This document shows positions 6,401-10,736 of a stretch of DNA of 10,736 nucleotides, piece by piece (position 1 is the first letter of the stretch; each line of letters opens with the position of its first letter). The DNA is taken from contig CAZTOS010000038.1 of assembly GCA_964615185.1 (NCBI GenBank), positions 1 to 10,736 of the forward strand. The letters are read 5' to 3'. The stretch comes from an uncultured Thermococci archaeon (lineage in GTDB: Archaea; Methanobacteriota_B; Thermococci; Thermococcales; Thermococcaceae). The translations under genes and the position numbers were made by a program. The notes below the pieces were generated by a model, which was not told the origin of the DNA, searched no databases, and saw only the letters and a list, made by a program, of their open reading frames with translations.

Positions 6401-6853
6401 TTAAACCTCCTCTTTTACTGTAACAAATGAGACCATTGTAACTGTTTGATCTACTCCTTTTATCTCCCGCAATTTATCAATTACTATCTTCCCTATATCC
6501 TCTGCCGAGGATGCTCTGACTTTTATCAATAAATCCCACTCTCCAGCAATTATGTGGACTTCATAAACTCCATTAATGTTTGCTATTCTTTCAGCAACTT
6601 CTCGCTGGGTAAATCCGGAATCTGGATCGTAGCGTGCCAAAATAAATGCTGTTGTTCCCAAGTTAAGCTTTTTGTAATTGGGTTTTATAGTGAATTTCTC
6701 GATGATGCCTTCCTCGACGAGCTTCTTTATGCGATAATGGACGGTTGTCCTGGGTATGCCTAATTTTTTGCTAAGTGTTGCTATGTTCTCTCTTGCGTTC
6801 TTTTTCAGTTCCTCCAAAAGTCTTAAATCTATTTTGTCCAAAACTTCCCCCAT
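6401..6853 (-). CDS. Lrp/AsnC family transcriptional regulator
   Basis: 150 aa with N-terminal HTH (LDKIDLRLLEELKKNAR...LGIPRTTVHYRIKKL) and C-terminal RAM domain (IAGEWDLLIKV). Confidence 0.95.
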   Translation of the reverse strand: MGEVLDKIDLRLLEELKKNARENIATLSKKLGIPRTTVHYRIKKLVEEGIIEKFTIKPNYKKLNLGTTAFILARYDPDSGFTQREVAERIANINGVYEVHIIAGEWDLLIKVRASSAEDIGKIVIDKLREIKGVDQTVTMVSFVTVKEEV

Positions 6854-6916
6854 CCTAACCCCTCACGGTATTGTCATTTCTTCAATTCATGACCTACCAT
6901 TTTTGTCGTTTAACCA

Positions 6917-7471
6917 TTATATAAGGTTTTCCTTTAGCCATTTTGAAAATGCTGCTAATGCCCTACTCCGATGTGATATTTTGTTCTTTTCCTCAGTTGT
7001 CATTTCGGCAAACGTTTTATTAAATCCTTCGGGAATAAATATTGGATCAAAGCCAAAACCAAAATGTCCTCTTTTTTCATGATGAATTTTTCCCCTCACT
7101 ACTCCTGTAAAGATGTGAATATTGCCGTCATAATATCCAACAACGCTCTTGAAGTACGCATTTCTATTTCTAACGCCTCTCATGAGTTTTAAAATACCAT
7201 CATTTCCAAGAGTTTTGAAGACGTATGCAGAATAAACTCCTGGAAATCCGTTTAGAGCATCAATGAAAAGTCCGGAATCATCAATGAAGAATGGTTTGCT
7301 GATTTGATCCTTAAGCCAGTTGAGAGCAAATCTAACAACGTCTTCCAGTTCATTTGCCTGTATCTCTGGATATTCAATTTTTTTCTGGATAATTTTAATT
7401 CCCAAAGGTCTAAAATATTTCTGTGCCTCCTTTACTTTCCCTTTGTTTGACGTTATGAATACTATTTCCAC
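6917..7471 (-). CDS. rdgB: XTP/dITP diphosphatase (RdgB/HAM1 family non-canonical purine NTP pyrophosphatase)
   Basis: Motifs ITSNKGK, DDSGL, GFPGVYS, FGFDPIF and KNKISHR. Start probably GTG 7471 after RBS GGTGA (7481-7477). Confidence 0.95.
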   Translation of the reverse strand: MEIVFITSNKGKVKEAQKYFRPLGIKIIQKKIEYPEIQANELEDVVRFALNWLKDQISKPFFIDDSGLFIDALNGFPGVYSAYVFKTLGNDGILKLMRGVRNRNAYFKSVVGYYDGNIHIFTGVVRGKIHHEKRGHFGFGFDPIFIPEGFNKTFAEMTTEEKNKISHRSRALAAFSKWLKENLI

Positions 7472-7616
7472 TCCAATCACCAATAACGATTAAATACCAC
7501 AATCCCAAAATAAAAGTTTTGGGTATTGAAAGCGGCTAATGAAAATATTAGGAAACTAACAAGGTGACAAAAGAAGAAAGAATATTTGATATCGAGTTTA
7601 AGAGAACTCATAATTC

Positions 7617-8105
7617 TCAATCAATAGTGTAACCTATTTTTTCTACAAGCGCTCTTCTTTCTTTTTTCTGTTCATCTGTTTCAATTTTGTTTGCGGCTTT
7701 GCCATCAACTATCCCGAGCACAGCCCTTCCCAATTCTGTTTCTGCAACTATGACTTGCATTGGATTCTCGCCTGCTCCGTAAACCATGGCAACTGCAGGA
7801 TGGTTTTTAACTGTGTTAAGAACGTTTATTGGAAATGCATTTTTCATCAGAATTACAAAAACATGTCCGGCTCCTATTTTTACAGCATTCTTCGCTGCAA
7901 GTTCTTCAAGTTGCTTGTCGTTCCCTGTATATCTTGTTAGTTGTGGTTTTGCTTCGTTCATTGCTATTCCGAATTTGACCCCTGGAACGGTTGTTAGTAG
8001 TGCTTTTGCTAAATCATCAACAGTGAAAATTGAGAAGTTTCCCTGCCCGATGATACACTCAACTCCTTCTGGTTTTTCAATATCTACCACTTCTATTTTA
8101 ACCAT
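7617..8105 (-). CDS. Adenosine-specific kinase family protein (DUF355-like)
   Basis: 162 aa with IIGQ, KFGIAMNEA, GAGHVFVI, FPINVLN, NPMQVIVAET-GRAVLGIVDG and C-terminal IGY. RBS GGTGATG. Confidence 0.85.
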   Translation of the reverse strand: MVKIEVVDIEKPEGVECIIGQGNFSIFTVDDLAKALLTTVPGVKFGIAMNEAKPQLTRYTGNDKQLEELAAKNAVKIGAGHVFVILMKNAFPINVLNTVKNHPAVAMVYGAGENPMQVIVAETELGRAVLGIVDGKAANKIETDEQKKERRALVEKIGYTID

Positions 8106-8166
8106 TCCACATCACCAAAAATAATTTAATGCAAATACCATAAAACTTTTTCTTAGTGGGGATGGA

Positions 8167-9069
8167 ATGAGTGGAATAAGAATTGAAGATATTGAATACC
8201 TTGCAGAAGTACTTGAAAGGCATCCAAGGAAGAGTCTTTTGAAAATAGCAAAAAGTGAAGGTATAGAATATTATAAACTTAAAAGACTTTATGACAGATA
8301 TTACGGCAAATATGTTCATGTTTCTGCAATTTATGATATTGCAAAGCTTGGTTTGAAAAGTTATGTTGCATTTTTGTCGGTTCCTCGAGAAGATCTAAGA
8401 AGGGTCGCATTGGAAATGTCAAAAAATCCTTTCATCCCCTCCATAGCTGCGATATTTGGATTCAAGAATGGGATTTCTGCAGTTCTTCATATACCAAAGG
8501 ATCAGACTGATCTCATCGATGAATTGCTTTCAAAATATTCTTCTGATTATGAGTATTATGAGGTTAGGGGATATCCGGAACGGCAAATAGAATTCGGTGA
8601 ATGGAATTTAAGTTATGAGTATGCTGTTTTGATGGACATATTGAAATATGATGCCAGAACCAGTCCAACAAAGATTTCCGAGATTTTAGGAAAGTCAAGA
8701 CCGACCATCAATTATATGATCAAGAGACTTGAGGAAACAGGAATAATCCGGAAGTACTCTGGTCTTGTTGACATAACGGCATATGATAGAGGCTTCTGCG
8801 GCATCGCTGATGATCTTTCAGAAAAGCTACTTGAGAAGTATAAAAACTATGAAATTTTGATAGGGGTTTTAAAGCCTCATGGATATCTTGTGGAGTGGTA
8901 TTTCTCCTCAAAGGAAGATATAGGGAAGAAAATATTTGAGTTCAGCAGATATGTAAAGAAGTTTGCAATTTATTATTTTGATTTTTTAAAGGGGATTGAA
9001 CCAAACTACAAGTTTTCAGAGAGAGTAAAAAAGGATGGAAGTGGATATAGGTCTATCTTAGAGTTCTAA
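8167..9069 (+). CDS. Tandem-domain Lrp/AsnC-like winged-helix transcriptional regulator
   Basis: 300 aa. One clear AsnC-type HTH (ILKYDARTSPTKISEILGKSRPTINYMIKRLEETGII) and a more degenerate N-terminal unit (HPRKSLLKIAKSEGI...DIAKLGLKSYV). Confidence 0.8.
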   Translation: MSGIRIEDIEYLAEVLERHPRKSLLKIAKSEGIEYYKLKRLYDRYYGKYVHVSAIYDIAKLGLKSYVAFLSVPREDLRRVALEMSKNPFIPSIAAIFGFKNGISAVLHIPKDQTDLIDELLSKYSSDYEYYEVRGYPERQIEFGEWNLSYEYAVLMDILKYDARTSPTKISEILGKSRPTINYMIKRLEETGIIRKYSGLVDITAYDRGFCGIADDLSEKLLEKYKNYEILIGVLKPHGYLVEWYFSSKEDIGKKIFEFSRYVKKFAIYYFDFLKGIEPNYKFSERVKKDGSGYRSILEF

Positions 9070-9990
9070 GTTACAGTATTCAATGCCGAAGATATCTCCA
9101 CTTGCTTGGTATTCCAAAGCCCTGCAATCATGGCAGAGATACTTAAATGGACACATACTGCATCCTTCAATCCTGTCTTTTGTAAGCTTCCAGAAGTTTT
9201 TTAATCTCTTTTTCCTCCGAAGCTGTTTAATTGTTTCCTTTTTTGCATCTCCAACTATGAAGTTTCTTAAGAGTGGACAGGGTAAGGCATAACCATCAGC
9301 GGTTATTGCAAGTGTTCCGGCAAGGCAGTCGTGATACATGTTGGTTGTTGCAGAATGTATCCGTTTCATCTCTATTACATTGAATTTTAGGTGTCTCAAT
9401 GATCCGGGATAAAGCAGGTCTATATAAATTTCTCCGTTAAATTCTGCATTACTTTTGGTGAATTCTGCGTATTGATCTGGTGTCATCATTATCAATGCTC
9501 CATGAACCCATTTCAATTCCTTTAGTTTTTCCAAATTCTTTTTGGAATACTCAAACTCCACGATTATTCTAACATCTTCTTCCGGAATTATTTTTTCGAT
9601 GTCTTCAATTCTTACGACTGCGTAAACTTCCTTAATACCAATGGCAGCTGCGTATCTTGCAATACTGATCATGTATTCAATGCTATCGTAATTGGTAAGG
9701 TATATCTCCCTACCATTGGCAAAATAAAACTCTCGGATTATTTCTTTTGTTCTTTCGACGCTGAGTGGTTCTCGTCTGAGTATAAATTCATTATTTCCAA
9801 TACATCCAATGGATCTTGGAATGCCGGTAATTTCGGAGAATTTTCCTTTTCCTTGTCCGAGCTGTAAGATAAGCCGCTCCAATTTTCCTGAGTGGGAATA
9901 ATTTGCCCATGGCGGTTTTGCAATGGTTGCAATGTTCCATGGTTCTTTTATGTCCATTTGGGAAACATTAACACTGATAGCCTCCTCCAT
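9058..9990 (-). CDS. SPASM-domain Fe-S protein with a degenerate radical-SAM-like N-terminal region
   Basis: C-terminal CLAGTLAITADGYALPC and CSMCPFKYLCHDC...C (7 Cys). No CxxxCxxC anywhere. Start probably ATG 9990 after RBS GGTGA (10000-9996), with a TATA-like TATATATA at 10023-10030. Confidence 0.85.
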   Translation of the reverse strand: MEEAISVNVSQMDIKEPWNIATIAKPPWANYSHSGKLERLILQLGQGKGKFSEITGIPRSIGCIGNNEFILRREPLSVERTKEIIREFYFANGREIYLTNYDSIEYMISIARYAAAIGIKEVYAVVRIEDIEKIIPEEDVRIIVEFEYSKKNLEKLKELKWVHGALIMMTPDQYAEFTKSNAEFNGEIYIDLLYPGSLRHLKFNVIEMKRIHSATTNMYHDCLAGTLAITADGYALPCPLLRNFIVGDAKKETIKQLRRKKRLKNFWKLTKDRIEGCSMCPFKYLCHDCRALEYQASGDIFGIEYCNLEL

Positions 9991-10103
9991 CAGCTTCACC
10001 GAAAAATAATTACAAAAAGGGCTATATATACTTTTTCTATTCGGATTTTTCTTACTACTTATGTTAGTTTGCAAAAAATGAAGAGTACAAAAGTGTACAA
10101 CAA

Positions 10104-10538
10104 CTATCCTACGGGTATTGTCTTGTCTCCCTCTATCCAGAATTCACCCTCATCAGTTACCTCTCTCTTCCAAATAGGGACTCTTTTTTTGACTTCATCG
10201 ACTGCCCAAATACAGGCTTCAAATGCCTCTCTCCTGTGCTTTCCGGCTGTGACTATTAATATTGTATTTTTGCCAACCTCAAGCTCTCCGTAACGATGCC
10301 ATATCAAGATTTCCTCAATTGGAAACTTTTCTTTTGCTTCTTTTCTTATCTTCTCCATTTCCTTGAGTGCCATTTCCTCATAGGCTTCGTAGATAAGCTT
10401 TTTCACTTTTCGTCCATGGCTTTCTTCTCTCACCTTACCCAGGAAGATTACAATACCTCCAGCTTTTCTTGAAGAAACCAGCTCAATAGCTTTATTAACA
10501 TCAAAATCTTCTGGCTTTTTGAATAGTTTTGCAAACAT
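10104..10538 (-). CDS. moaE: Molybdopterin synthase catalytic subunit
   Basis: Motifs GGIVIFLGKVR, LIYEAYEEMA, HRYGELEVG, HRREAFEAC and KKRVPIWKRE. RBS GGAGG at 10550-10546. Confidence 0.95.
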   Translation of the reverse strand: MFAKLFKKPEDFDVNKAIELVSSRKAGGIVIFLGKVREESHGRKVKKLIYEAYEEMALKEMEKIRKEAKEKFPIEEILIWHRYGELEVGKNTILIVTAGKHRREAFEACIWAVDEVKKRVPIWKREVTDEGEFWIEGDKTIPVG

Positions 10539-10540
10539 TT

Positions 10541-10736
10541 TTAACCCTCCAGAAATTCGCTAAGTGGCAGGTTTTTCCTTGGATTTTTGAAGATTAAAAC
10601 ATCTGAGACTCCAAGGATGCCATTGCTGGACTTTGGTCACAACGTTATAGTCTTTAAAGAAGACACTTCCTATCCCCAATATCCCAGCTATGTCCCATAG
10701 TCTATGTTCTTCTTCAGCAATTTTTTCAAAATCAGG
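10541..10736 (-). CDS. 3' end of an unidentified gene running in from beyond the window, possibly frameshifted near 10630
   Basis: The frame from 10736 reads PDFEKIAEEEHRLWDIAGILGIGSVFFKDYNVVTKV and stops at TAG 10562-10560. An alternative frame, SNGILGVSDVLIFKNPRKNLPLSEFLEG, stops at 10543-10541, directly before moaE. Confidence 0.5.

Noticed and set aside
9991..10074. N-terminal extension of the SPASM ORF from TTG 10074
   Set aside because: This stretch contains a TATA-like element and the GGTGA RBS for ATG 9990, so it is probably intergenic.
9058..10103. SPASM protein as a RiPP maturase with a nearby precursor peptide
   Set aside because: No SAM-binding Cys motif, no evident RRE domain and no credible precursor ORF nearby.
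5057..10293. Short alternative-frame or antisense ORFs over core genes (e.g. 5785..6093, 6756..7082, 7786..8124, 9738..9932, 9892..10293)
   Set aside because: Shadows of real genes, with no family motifs.

Overview
This window looks like Thermococcales (Thermococcus-like) archaeal DNA, based on GGTGA-type ribosome-binding sites, TATA/BRE promoters, an intron-containing tRNA-Trp, FBP aldolase/phosphatase and a Thermococcales Glycolytic Motif (TGM). It splits into two parts. Bases 1-4551 look accessory: the decayed 3' part of an IS982-family transposase, then a five-gene bacterial-type PEP-dependent dihydroxyacetone kinase operon (dhaK, dhaL, dhaM/EIIA, ptsH/HPr, ptsI/enzyme I) with no membrane permease. 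Bases 4546-10736 look like core genes: fbp, a small hypothetical gene, tRNA-Trp(CCA) whose intron is a box C/D guide, an Lrp/AsnC regulator, XTP/dITP diphosphatase, an adenosine-specific kinase family protein, a tandem-HTH Lrp-like regulator, a SPASM protein lacking the radical SAM motif, moaE, and a partial, possibly frameshifted gene. The most notable feature is the self-contained PTS phosphorelay feeding a DHA kinase, placed tail-to-tail against fbp, whose product consumes DHAP.
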